64,000 nucleotides of DNA from Haliotis cracherodii (taxonomy: Eukaryota): assembly GCF_022045235.1 (NCBI RefSeq), contig NW_027266319.1, forward strand, positions 25,978,001 through 26,042,000, written 5' to 3'. Below, piece by piece: positions 53,327 to 64,000 of this stretch (its first letter is position 1; each line of letters opens with the position of its first letter). A model generated the notes under the pieces. That model ran no database searches, was not told the DNA's origin, and was given only the letters and a program-made list of their open reading frames with translations. Both the position numbers and the translations under genes were made by a program.

Positions 53327-53505
53327 TACAGTAAACTACGGTTATAACGAACTCAAAGGGACTACTTATTTTGGTTCGTTATAACCGTAATTCGTTATAA
53401 GTACATATACAGCATGACTACAGCAAGTAGTCGGGGCCAAAAAGTAAGGTCGTTATATCCGTCAGTTCTATATAAGTGTGTTCGTTATAACCGAAGTTTA
53501 CTGTA
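53327..53505. mobile_element. MITE (Tc1/mariner-pogo type) with TA target duplication
   Basis: TA-CAGTAAACTACGGTTATAACGAAC ... GTTCGTTATAACCGAAGTTTACTG-TA inverted termini; no coding capacity. Confidence 0.8.
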
Positions 53506-53582
53506 GATACTGCCAATGCCTGAACATGATAAAAGCACATTCAAAAGCGGGATGCATTGAGACAAAAAATGATGGATACCCC

Positions 53583-53644
<62 letters not shown>

Positions 53645-54287
53645 CATCTAACAGAACGGGTAGGTTGATAGACACTAATGTTGTCGACCAGATAGCAAAA
53701 TATGTTCGTGAGAAGCAGGCTAATATTTCAGTGATGAACGCGATATAGATATAGTCTCGTTTAGGGATTCTCGCGAAACATGAATGATCATAATGCTTAG
53801 GTTCAGGGTTTGGTGACCCAGGTTTTGAATGCAGCTTATGTGCAATCTGGAGAAACATACCTCGGGAATAAAAGATATACATGTCCTAGTATCATTGAGA
53901 CAAAGGATATTCGCAGTTTACCACATGAACTTCTACTTGCATTGGAAGGATGCATTTGCACAGTCACAAATATGATTCTTGTTCTGCTGTACATAGTGGC
54001 TATGTAGTTTTCCATTGATATCAACACATTCAAGGTTTGCAAAAACTTAAATTCTTTACCGGTCATGCTTTTAGTTTTGAAAGGAAAATGGACAAAAGTC
54101 TTTTCCGAAAAACATTTGTATTTCCCAAAGTAAAAACCGAAAATATCCTGGTGTAAACAATAATCCCAGCCCCATGAATACTAAATGATCGGTCCCTTAC
54201 TTAGGGTACACCATCTGCGCTGAACAACACTGATGTGTCCTTGGTGATCGTTGATATGTATTATCCCCCCCTATGTCCATGTGGAAT

Positions 54288-57200
54288 CTATTTGCCATTA
54301 AGACCATCGTGTATGTTTGAAGGGAGCTCGAGGTTCACCCCGAGCATGGTACCCGTTACCACAGTTGCAAACATTTTTAATGCAGTTTCCAGCTCACGAA
54401 TATTGCTCTTTGCCCCTTTTACCATTTCTTCTCGGAATGTTTCTCTGAACTTCAAATACATAGTATTTTCTATCTCTTGTTCTCGTTGCAAACATTCCTC
54501 CTCATACTCTCTTTGGTGTTTTGTTACCATACTTTAATAATCCAGAATCTTTTAGTGTGTGTATTTCTGATGTTTCCATAGCATCATCTGAACTTTTCTG
54601 TTTCAAGTCTTGTAGTCTCTGTCGAAGTTGGGCTACAATTTCAGATGTCTCAGCTTTAGCCTTTTCATGTTTTTCCTTCCACTTTCGCCTGATGGAATCT
54701 TTCATTTTCTTAACCTTCATCATCTGCTCCAGTTTCAACTGTTCCTCACTGTCCTTCATAATCTTTTCCGCGGAAACATACATCCAGTTACTGTAGCATT
54801 TTCCTCCATTGGCAGATACCATTTTATCAACTACATTGAGTAATGATTGCACATCATGATCCCGCTCATTCTCGGTTGGGGCCCTATTGTTGAAACACAC
54901 AAATCTGCTTTTATATGCTAGGAGTAGAGCCTTCAGCTTATCTGGTGCTTTTTGAATAAATTCTTCAATGGTGAGATTTTCGTGAATCAAGTCATCCTTC
55001 CTTGTAAATAGGTTTATCAGATAGTCCATCATGGCGTCTCCAAATATTTGTAAAAAGGATTCCACAGCAGTTTCATCTGTAATGGTAAAGCGGTCGACCT
55101 TGATCACAAGGACAAAAGCATGGATACCCGGAATCGTCATCCAAACACACGTGGACACCTCTCTGGCAATTTCTCCTAACGTCATATTGGTGTCAAACAT
55201 GCCAGGTGTGTCAATAATTTGAATCTCGGTCCCATTTCTTTTGGCCTCAACTCTCTGACATTGACGTGTTTGTGACTGGCTAGAAACACCTTTGTTGAAA
55301 ATCTCTCTATTGAGGATGTTGTTACAAGTGACACTTTTACCGGATCCTGTTACCCCCAGGAGTACCAGTTTGACAACATCAGTGGGATTACCCTGTCCGC
55401 TATCTGAAATATATGAGTTAAAAGGATCACGATATGAACTCTCGACACATTAAATGAAAGTGTTTTCTAACTACACAATGTATAAGCCAGTTGACAGACA
55501 GACGTGATTAAACTCATAGATGTTTTCTTGGGCAATTTGGCGATCGGTGCGTCAACCCACGCGTGCTTATTGGTTGACGAGAAAACGACAACAGTCTTTG
55601 TAACCAAATGTCATTGGACATCAGACATATTTCTCCATTTTCGAATGTGTAAACTTCTGGTCCTGCCCTATCATGGAACACAATACCATTGAAATGGTTT
55701 ATGTTAACACTAAGTACACATTTGTTTGTACCCTGAATTGGATATACATGTACCGCTATCAAATCTGAAGGTGCTTCCCTAAATGCTCCTCTGCCAGTTA
55801 AAACTAACATGTCCGTTTTCAATTTATTGTCTAGACATTGTATCAATTCATTTATGTCTACGCGGAGTTGAAATCCATTTATTTGCCGTGTCTTAGTTTT
55901 ATAATCTCCTGGATAGGGTGTCTCTGAGATGCCGATACAGAATCTCCCACCTCTCGGAAGCTTTGCCATTGAAGTGATATTGTGTTTCAGTTTCAAATCA
56001 TTCCAAATGCAGTTAGTTACACTTTCAACTGTTGCACCTGCTGCCTGTGGTGGAAACGATTTCAACTCTGTCGCTCTGTCTTCATGCAGTGGTATATCGT
56101 CAATACCGGTGTGTGGAACTATGTTTGAAGGGTGTTGCGTCTCATCATCTCCATAACATTGCAGTATTGCAGCGATGACAGCACATGGAGCAGTTACATT
56201 TTCAAAGTCATTTCGCATCTTGGTTTTACTATCTAAAGTCGATACACCATTAATTTTGGTAATTCCGAATAATAGAAAGTCATCCGCATATTCAAACGAC
56301 TTGACATTCGACAACCATTCCCGTGTAAAATAGTCACAGTATTGACAACCATCATGAAGCAGAGAAGAAAATCTTTTCCCAATAGCTTCATCAAGAACTT
56401 CCAAGTCTCTGTCCCATTTCTGCTGACCGTCAACGTGTATCAAAAGCTTTCCACCGTCCGCATTTAGCATAGCGTTTGCTGCTTTTGCGAGCTGATGACG
56501 TGCCTCCTCTTTTCCCGGTGTTTTCTTGTTGGTTATAGTGGCCCTACATACATGTATTAACAGTATGGTTAAATAACCATATTTATTTTTGTACTTTTCT
56601 TCTGTTCGACTGCAAGATTCGCATTCTGAAACGAATAATATACATTCACTCAGAGTATCAATAATTTTAAATAAACGCTTCACTCTTTTCATAATCATAC
56701 GAAATCTCTGCTACACGCAGTGACAACTGAACTGACTCTACGCCATTAGTAAGTGGTTATAGATCAGTATCAAATAGTGATGATGCCAGGTATCCGGGAG
56801 TTCAAAAATGAATTGCATCAGACATCAATATATAATTTTATGCATATAAGTTAGTTAGGTGGCTCAGTTGCTCTCCTTCACTTGTAGTCAGCAAAATTGT
56901 TCAATCACAGGAGTAAAATATATCAAGAAAATGTATCCGACAATTACATAGGACACCAGGTATCTTTGTTTATACCCCGATATATCCCAACCTTGCAGTA
57001 TATCGAGAGAGCACTGCCTACTTTCACGATCAATGAAACCGGTTGAGTTTTGCTGTGACGTAAATTCAGTCGCGTGTTCAACATGTTGTAAGTGTGTTGT
57101 TTGCACAGTGCTCACTTTAGCGCCGTAAATACTGCAAGGCATTAAATTGTGTACACAGAAAGGTACCTGGAGCGCCTCTCTGTAGTACTTGAGCCGACAA

Positions 57201-57900
57201 CGACCGCAGTTGCGACACTGACGTGCGAGGACACAATAGTTATACAATGTTCTAAATAAAGTGTGGGCATTCCCCATCTATAAATACCAAGAGATGGGCT
57301 TTCCCGTTTCTCCAAGAATATGTCCACGTCACAATACTCTGGACAGGCCATTTTGTTTCTTCCAATGTTAATCTACTATTAATATCTATTTAACGTACGT
57401 GTTACTTTTCGTTTAAGTACAGTCTTCGGTTATGGTGATGAACATGCACATGTCAGTGGACATCCAAATAGTGACTTAACAGCCACTGACGTTTCAACAC
57501 TATGGTATGTTGTGGATGTGTCGGCTCATTATGACTTCCGTTGCATGTGGGCAGAACTTGCATAACACTACAGGAACAATATACCTGGACTAGAACAAGC
57601 AAACTAGAATACTGATGACATATAAAACGTCAGTCTCGATTATCTGCCGAAAAACGTTTCATTAGGCGTTGAACGCACAATAGCGGTGAAAATTATATGA
57701 ATGAATTACTGAAAATAAGGGATGACACCAGGTGTTCGCGGAAAGCTATTCTCAGATGGCAGGTTGACCAATGGGCTTAAAAAAAGCATGATCAGTTCGT
57801 AAAAGTACCGTTCACAAATTCTTCTACTATCCTTGAACATAAATTAATGTAAGTATTCTTGATACATTGTAAATAATATACATGTATACTTACTCTCCAT
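54288..57900 (-). CDS. Predicted Schlafen RNase core-GIMAP GTPase fusion gene (GIMAP-6); exons complement(57894..57900, 55561..56625, 54502..55403), 657 aa; the C-terminal tail continues after a frameshift to 54288
   Basis: Start exon ATG GAG A|gtaagt. The Schlafen exon has acceptor tattcgtttcag|, donor c|gtgggt, 1065 nt, phase 1-1, followed by a 157-nt intron. The GTPase exon acceptor tatttcag| is phase 1. The joined frame is open (7+1065+902=1974 nt). Splicing is inferred. Confidence 0.68.
54502..55403 (-). CDS. GIMAP: AIG1/GIMAP GTPase exon of GIMAP-6
   Basis: VKLVLLGVTGSGKS, IDTPGMFDT, PGIHAFVLVIKVDRFT, FTRKDD, then a coiled coil. The homologous tail (FRETFREEM...LKMFATVV) lies in another frame at 54288..54530. 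Confidence 0.88.
55561..56625 (-). CDS. Schlafen (AlbA_2) RNase core domain exon
   Basis: Matches to recalled vertebrate SLFN motifs. N-lobe: AANAMLNADGGKLLI (cf. AACALLNSGGGVI). Catalytic: HEDRATELKSF (ExxxxExK). C-lobe: ITSMAKLPRGGRFCIGISE (cf. VPAFANTGGGYLFIGVDD). End of core: GIVFHDRAGPEVYTFENGEICLMSNDIW (cf. AVFSEAPNSWIV...EKW). Confidence 0.85.
56992..57277 (-). pseudogene. Possible decayed NZF/linker exon upstream of the Schlafen exon
   Basis: The start tttatag|ATGGGGAATG is identical to the first 10 nt of the GIMAP-2 NZF exon. It reads GECPH, then after a frameshift TLYN...CRNCG; candidate phase-1 donor g|gttggg. Confidence 0.35.
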
Positions 57901-59027
57901 CCTTCAAAGGCAATAGAGGCTTTTGAGTATTCCGAGTTGTATCTCTTCAGATGAACATACGTCCTATTTCCCAGTTTTTTGCATTTGATAAGTATAATTA
58001 TTTATGATCAGGTTGAAATTGCATGCTATGGACCAACAAACGCATGCAAATTCGTTGTGTAAAAATAGCCCCACGTCAGGTTATATAATGCCGCGCTTTT
58101 TCTACACTAATTCAATTTTATTTTAAAAATAATTTCTTCCTCGTCAGAATATGTTATGACTCACCCTTTCACGAACACCTGGTAAATATAACTTGGAACT
58201 CTTTAGTCAAGTATATGAATTGATAAAGCAATCTGAAAGAACATGACGTTTTGTATATTTGAGTGTCTCTGACATACACGCCCATAACTTGTATCTCACG
58301 TGTTATTAAAATGAACTGAAGATTAACTTGTGATCGTCATTTACTTATAACAGATATAAGAGGCAATGGCTGCCGTCTGGACATGTTTATGCGTGGGAAA
58401 TAGGTCACAACGGACGAGGCCTTCAAGCGTAATGACATACGATAAACTCTCAATTATTTTTTTAAAGTTAAACAATGACACGATGACAGATGTTGCGTAA
58501 CATTGTATGTAATGGATACACACATGTCGCCACACCGAAATCATTTTTTTAGATATTGGGAATATCGATGCAGATAAACATACGTAGCAAACGTTTAGAC
58601 CTACTCGAGTAACGTCCCTTGTTAAAAATGTACCGTGACAAGCTGAATCCCTTCACAAGCAGTTCTAAGAGGCGAGGCGGATCTGTGTGAATGCTCACTG
58701 ATACAAGAGGCTCAGGTTAATAGATCCAACAAGGGGCGTTACTCATGTTGTTCTGTAGACCACTCGGCTCGACTCCCCTCGTCCCATTAGAACACCGTAT
58801 GATAACGAAAAGATCATTTTTTATTATCTCGTGGGGAACTTGGTTTATAGCGTCTGAGATATTACTTAAACAGCAATATACAAAAAAGCAATACACAATA
58901 TTTCAGCAGTTAAGGGTGAACACTAACACACGCATATGAACCCACGCTCATATAAATAAAGTAAGGAAGTAAATAAGTAAGTAAAGAAATAAATAAATAA
59001 GTAAAGAAGTGATAAGAAAGAAAGTGT

Positions 59028-59372
59028 AAGTAAGTATGGTTTTACGCCGCTTTTAGCAATATTTCAGCAATATCACGGCGGGGGCCACCAGAAATGGGCT
59101 TCACACATTAATTGTACCCATGTCGGGAATCGAACCTGGATAATCGGCGTGACACCCATTTTGTGGTTTTGCCGGTGATCACTTAGTGAAATGTAGCCTG
59201 TTTCATTACATATTTTGAGTGAGTGAGTGAGTGACTTTGGTTTTAAGGCGCTTTTAGCAATATTCCAGCAACATCACGTCGGGGACACCAGAAATGGGCT
59301 TCCCATGTGGGGAATCGAACCCGGGTCTTCGGCGTGACGAGCGAACGCTCTAACCTCCAGGTTACCCCACCT
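59028..59372 (-). mobile_element. Two adjacent SINE family A copies
   Basis: 59028-59152 (5'-truncated) and 59216-59372, both matching family A. Confidence 0.75.
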
Positions 59373-59389
59373 CCATCATCAAAATATAT

Positions 59390-59970
59390 TAACGGATATA
59401 AACAGAGATTAACGATATAAAGGGGGGTGGTGAAGGGAGATAAAGGGATATTAATATAGATGAAGGCAGATAAAGGGAGATGAACGGATATAAACGAGAG
59501 ATAAAGGATATCAACAGAATAAACAGAGATAAACGGAAAAAGGATATCAACGGATATAAACAGAGATAAACGGATATAAACAGAGATAAATGGAGATAAA
59601 CAGAGATAAACGGAGATATACGGATAAAAAAGATATCAACAGATATAAACAGATGAACGGAGAAAAAGGGATATCAACGGATATAAACATAGATAAACGG
59701 AGATAAAAAAAAGATAAAAACAGAGATAAACGGAGATAAAGAATGTCAACAGATATAAACACAGATGAACGGAGATAAACAAAGATAAAAACAGATAAAC
59801 GGAGATAAAGGATATCAACGGATACAAACAGAGATGAACGGAGATAAACAGAGATAAACGGAGTTGGGAGTTGAAGGGAGACAAACGGATATGCAGAAAT
59901 GAACGGATATACAGAAAAGAACGGATATACAGTGAGATATAAACGGCGATACACAGAGATGATCATAAAG
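59390..59970. repeat. Degenerate ~10-bp purine-rich tandem repeat (ATAAACGGAG/ATAAACAGAG)
   Basis: Directly visible. Confidence 0.8.
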
Positions 59971-60041
59971 GGAGATAATAATTCCCCGATCCCAGGAAGA
60001 ACCGGTAAATAATAAACAAATTGCGAAAACGAACCCCATTA

Positions 60042-61562
60042 TATACTGAAGCGCTAAAGAAACGTCACCCCAACTAACATTGCATGAAAAGTTGTCATTT
60101 AAATATCTGGGTAATTTTTGTCAAAGTTTCTAAAATTTAACATTACCTCGCCGGGAAAATGAAATTTGATGATAAACAACCAAAGCAGATGACAATAAAA
60201 CAGATCGACCAAACGTATCACGGCAACGGCCATGGTAACCCGATGCACGTGAGTTCCGTGCAAATTGAAATGCACATGCGTTCCCCCATTTCTTGCCCTA
60301 TAAAAATCCACCCGGATCGGATAACACTCATTCGATACTGAATTGCTACCACATGCCAAGATTGACAAGAAGTCAGCCACACCAAGCCCTTGGACGATTG
60401 CAAGCTGGACAAACCGCCCGACAAGTAGCCAATGCATTTCAAGTCCACGTAAGGACAATATACAGGCTCCAGCAACGATACCAGAATACCAACGCTACAG
60501 ATGCCGGCCACGTAGTGGAAGACCAAGGGTCTACATCCGACGTCAGGATCGTCTGATTGTGCAACAGCATCTTCAAGATCGCTTTGTTACTGCTGCGGAA
60601 AGTGCTCGACAGACCATGGGGACACACCAGCAACACATCAGTGCGGACACCATGCGGCGACGATTGACGAGCAGACACTTCCACTGTCACAGGCCACACC
60701 GAGGACCCATTCTTAAACAACGTCATCGTCGGGACCGTCCTCAGTGGGCAACACAGCACCAGCATTGGCGCCACCAGCAGTGGAGAAGAGTGCTCTTCTC
60801 AGACATAACTTACTGTATCTCAACAGCAGATGGCAGAGTGAGAGTCTGGCGACGCCGTGGGGAACGTTATTCGGATGCTTGTGTTTGTTGAGAGAGACTC
60901 GTGGGGTGGTCCGAGCATCATGGTGTGGGGTGGAATTGGTCTTGCACAGAGGGTCGGTCCTGTGGTCTTGCAGAACATCGGTCCAGGGAGAGGCAATGGT
61001 GGTACAGCAGCTCGGAACATTGATCAAGTCTTGAGACCACACGCCATACCTCATTTGGCACGTCGCCGCAACCACGAGTTTCAGCATGATAACGCCCGTG
61101 CCCACACTGCAATAGCAACAAGAGACTTCCACCAGCAGAATGGCATCAGAACCATGCAGTGGCCTGCCCTCACTCCCGATTTAAATCCCATTGAGCACCT
61201 GTGGGACGAGATTCAAAGTCGGCTGAATGACGTCCGACCAAGGCCGACAGCTGCAGCTGAACTTCGTCTGGCGTTCTTCAGAGTGTTGGCTTAAGTGCCC
61301 ATGGCCTTCATCAACCGCCTCATCCATTCCATGTATCGACGTTGCACGACGTCATCAATGCACATGGTGGACACACGAGATACTGACAGACTAGTGTTGC
61401 GTTTCACTTTCAGGACATTTGACACTTTAATTTCAAACTTGGTGATCAGTTTTGCCAAGTTTCATCTTTTTAATATATGTCTCAAAGTATGATTGCAGTG
61501 TTTGGACAAATAAGGTTTCCCATATATCTAGCCATGGTGACCATCGTTTGCGGTTCAGTATA
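60042..61562 (+). mobile_element. Second decayed Tc1/mariner transposon (DD34E)
   Basis: Imperfect TIRs TATACTGAA...GTCACC at both ends. Transposase runs from ATG 60353 (MPRLTR) through WRRVLFSD, IMVWGGI and QHDNARAH...PDLNPIEHLW (D34E), with frameshifts. Confidence 0.9.
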
Positions 61563-61849
61563 GAATGACGCTTGCAGATTACAATCTCCACCTGATGTCG
61601 TACTTATGTATTTTACGGTTTACGGGGGTTGTTTTAAGGATTGAAGTTGAACTTCAAACCTTATATTGACAGATACATAAATCTTAACAAAAAACCCCAT
61701 AAAACATCAAACTTTAATTATTTAAAGCGAACTATATCAACGCGGCGAGTCGTGGCGTCGTGACGTCATCCGTCCCAAACATTCCATTTTGAGTGACATC
61801 CCTTGGTTTTATAAACGGCAAAAAATGGCGGCTTCGGCAATGTCATTCG

Positions 61850-62170
61850 CTTGAAATAAAAGTTGCACCCAGTAAAGTTAGCGTTGGAAAGAAATCCAGA
61901 CCCAGCTGATACTGAAAATGGATTGCTATTAACGTTCTGTGAACTTTGGGAGTGTGTTTGAGTCATACTATGGCTACTGATGACGGGGATTACCGCTCGA
62001 GGCGGCGCGGGTGGGTTACCCGAGGCAATACACGACAGGGTTTGTGATTTCTTTTGGTAAGTCGAACATTCTCAGTTGTAGCTTCGAATGGACGCTTCAT
62101 TTCATATACATGATCTGTCTGGCTTCAAAGCCTGCGTCATTCAAAGCCTGAATCGATGTCGCACTCAGTT
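61850..62170 (-). mobile_element. Crypton-like tyrosine recombinase C-terminal remnant
   Basis: Reads L(S)ATSIQALNDAGFEARQIMYM, then after a frameshift NEASIRSY (cf. LRAT...AG...IM..SGH..E.S...Y), followed by an FLSNANFTGCNFYF tail of the DUF3504/Crypton type. Confidence 0.55.
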
Positions 62171-62678
62171 TTCCCAAATGTTTTATTTATATAATGATGT
62201 TATTGATGACATTGAGGAATCCCCCTAAAGTAGTTCTGTGTGTCTCCATTTGATTGACAACGTAATCACGTTCATCGGGAAATGAACGACAGTCAGACAG
62301 TAGTTTTTAACTAGGCGAGGTCACCCACTACCCACTACTGCAATATTTAATCATATTTACTGTAATATTATTACAGTAAAAGGATCTATTTGCACCTATC
62401 AGAATCAAGACTCTATACAATGAAACTGATTAATTATTATTCCGAAATGTAACAGTTACTTTTTGTTGGATTTTTAAAATCTCTTAAATTGTATTTCTCC
62501 TTCAAATACGCTGTATCATTTTTTAAATAGAGAGAGTACACTGACTCTCGATGTTGAATTATAGTATTTCAATCATTGTGGCATAATAAAGGTTTAGAGC
62601 ATCATTAATAAACAAAACGTTATGTCGAACAGAGCTTCTGTACTGATAACAAAAAGCAGATGGTCTTCAACAGATGGT

Positions 62679-62837
62679 TGGAGCGGTGGGGGTAGCCTAG
62701 TGGTTGAAGCGTTCGCTCTTCACGCCGAAGGCGCCGGTTTGATTCCCCTCATGGTTACAATGTGAAAAGTCCATTTCCAGTGTCTCCTACGTGATATTGC
62801 TGTAATATTGCTGAATCCATACTCACTCACTCACTCA
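62679..62837 (+). mobile_element. SINE family A (diverged)
   Basis: A/B boxes, TCAC tail, flanking CAGATGGT duplication. Confidence 0.75.
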
Positions 62838-63034
62838 GCAGATGGTGACGAATGATGCCCAGATCTCAGGACAGTAGAAACTAACAATGACAATAAATCT
62901 TGTTTCAAATTTTATTAACATGTATTACATTTGTTTATAACGCCCGATTGATAGACGTGCTTCTTTTTGTTGGTATGGCCCGTATACTTGAACATGATTA
63001 ATTAACTGCAGCAGTGTTGGGAGGGATCTTCATC

Positions 63035-63826
63035 TTACATTTCTCCCCTCAAGAGAAAAGGCCATAACCAGGATGGGATGCTATTGAAGATGTTGTTGTT
63101 GTTATTGTTGTTGATGTTGGAGATGGGGATTTGTCCTGAAACATACATTAAATGGTTTCTTTAAGAATACAAATGTAAGCGATTTGCAATGTGAAGGATG
63201 ATAATTATTGAATGTAATTATTGATGTACGTCGTGGTGCAATACCCACGACACAAGTTGGTTGGTTGGTTGTTTAACGCCACACTCGGCGGTCTGTAAAT
63301 AATCGAGTCTGGACCAGACAATCCAGTGATTTGACATCATGAACATCGATCCACGCAATTGGGATACGATGACATGCATCAACCAAGTCAGCGAGCCTGA
63401 CCACCCGATCCCGTTAGTCGCCTCTTACGACAAGCATAGTCGCCTTTTACGGCAAGCATGGGTTGCTGAAGACCTATTCTACCCCGGATCTTCACGGGTC
63501 TACTCAAATGGCATACGATGACATGCTTTAACCAAATCACCGAGCCTGACCACTGATCCCGTTCGTCGCCTCTTCCGCCAAGGAAGGGTTGCTGAAGATC
63601 AATTCTAACCCGGATCTTCACACATCATGCATCATGCGGTAAAGCCTTAGTAAAGTCTACCACCACCAGTCGAGATTCCTCCAAGACTTACTTCGAACAC
63701 ATGTCTTTCCGTCAGGGAAATGGGGTACGAATCCTGGATAACAGTTGCATTTGTAGTCACCGTACATGTTGTAACAGTAGCCATTGCGGCACAGGGCAGC
63801 ACTCGTGTAATTACACTCATTGATGT
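63035..63826 (-). CDS. 3' end of a calcium-binding EGF-domain gene: exons complement(63692..63826, 63035..63135); 5' part lies outside the window
   Basis: DINEC...CRNGYCYNMYGDYKCNCYPGF...C matches the cbEGF consensus in a 135-nt phase 1-1 exon. The next exon (tttcag|) reads QIPISNINNNNNNNIFNSIPSWLWPFLLRGEM*. AATAAA at 62916-62911. Confidence 0.8.
63255..63622 (-). mobile_element. Family D repeat plus a partial second copy
   Basis: Similarity to 49005..49267. Confidence 0.7.
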
Positions 63827-64000
63827 CTGCAACAAACCAAATGGTGTACATATTTGAAATAATAATGTTTGGAGTGTGCATTTTTAAAGCTTATTTGGCC
63901 ACTATCCACACGTTAAACATATTATCGGAATCATATGTGTATATAGATAGTTAAACGTTAAGAACAAAATTCTTCCTGATTTTAATCAATTCGAGATAAT

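Noticed and set aside
55514-56698. Stand-alone single-exon 394-aa Schlafen gene as given by the ORF track
   Set aside because: Not excluded but disfavoured: homology begins after a strong acceptor at 56625 and ends near a phase-matched donor at 55561, and the adjacent GTPase exon needs an upstream coding exon.

Overview
Eukaryotic genomic DNA: intron-containing, AT-rich, rich in SINEs and satellites, with three N-gaps. The repeat families and gene content look like a mollusc or other lophotrochozoan (inference). The window is dominated by a tandem cluster of six GIMAP/AIG1-family GTPase genes, four on the - strand and two on +. There is also a short inverted GIMAP fragment and an orphan 5' gene half. 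Manual splice reconstruction indicates a modular cluster: the GTPase/coiled-coil exon of each - strand gene starts with a phase-1 acceptor and is joined in frame to symmetric phase 1-1 N-terminal exons. In three genes, and in the orphan, that exon encodes a RanBP2/NZF-type zinc finger with the ubiquitin-binding signature. In the last gene (54288-57900) it is a 355-codon exon encoding a complete Schlafen RNase core with the ExxxxExK catalytic motif. This predicts a Schlafen-GIMAP fusion, the main candidate novel system: a GTPase-switched RNase in an innate-immune cluster. Other content includes two decayed full-length Tc1 (DD34E) transposons, a MITE, a Crypton-like recombinase remnant, four SINE-like families, five minisatellite arrays and the 3' end of a calcium-binding EGF gene. 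All splice models are predictions from GT/AG signals and reading-frame phase, not from transcripts.
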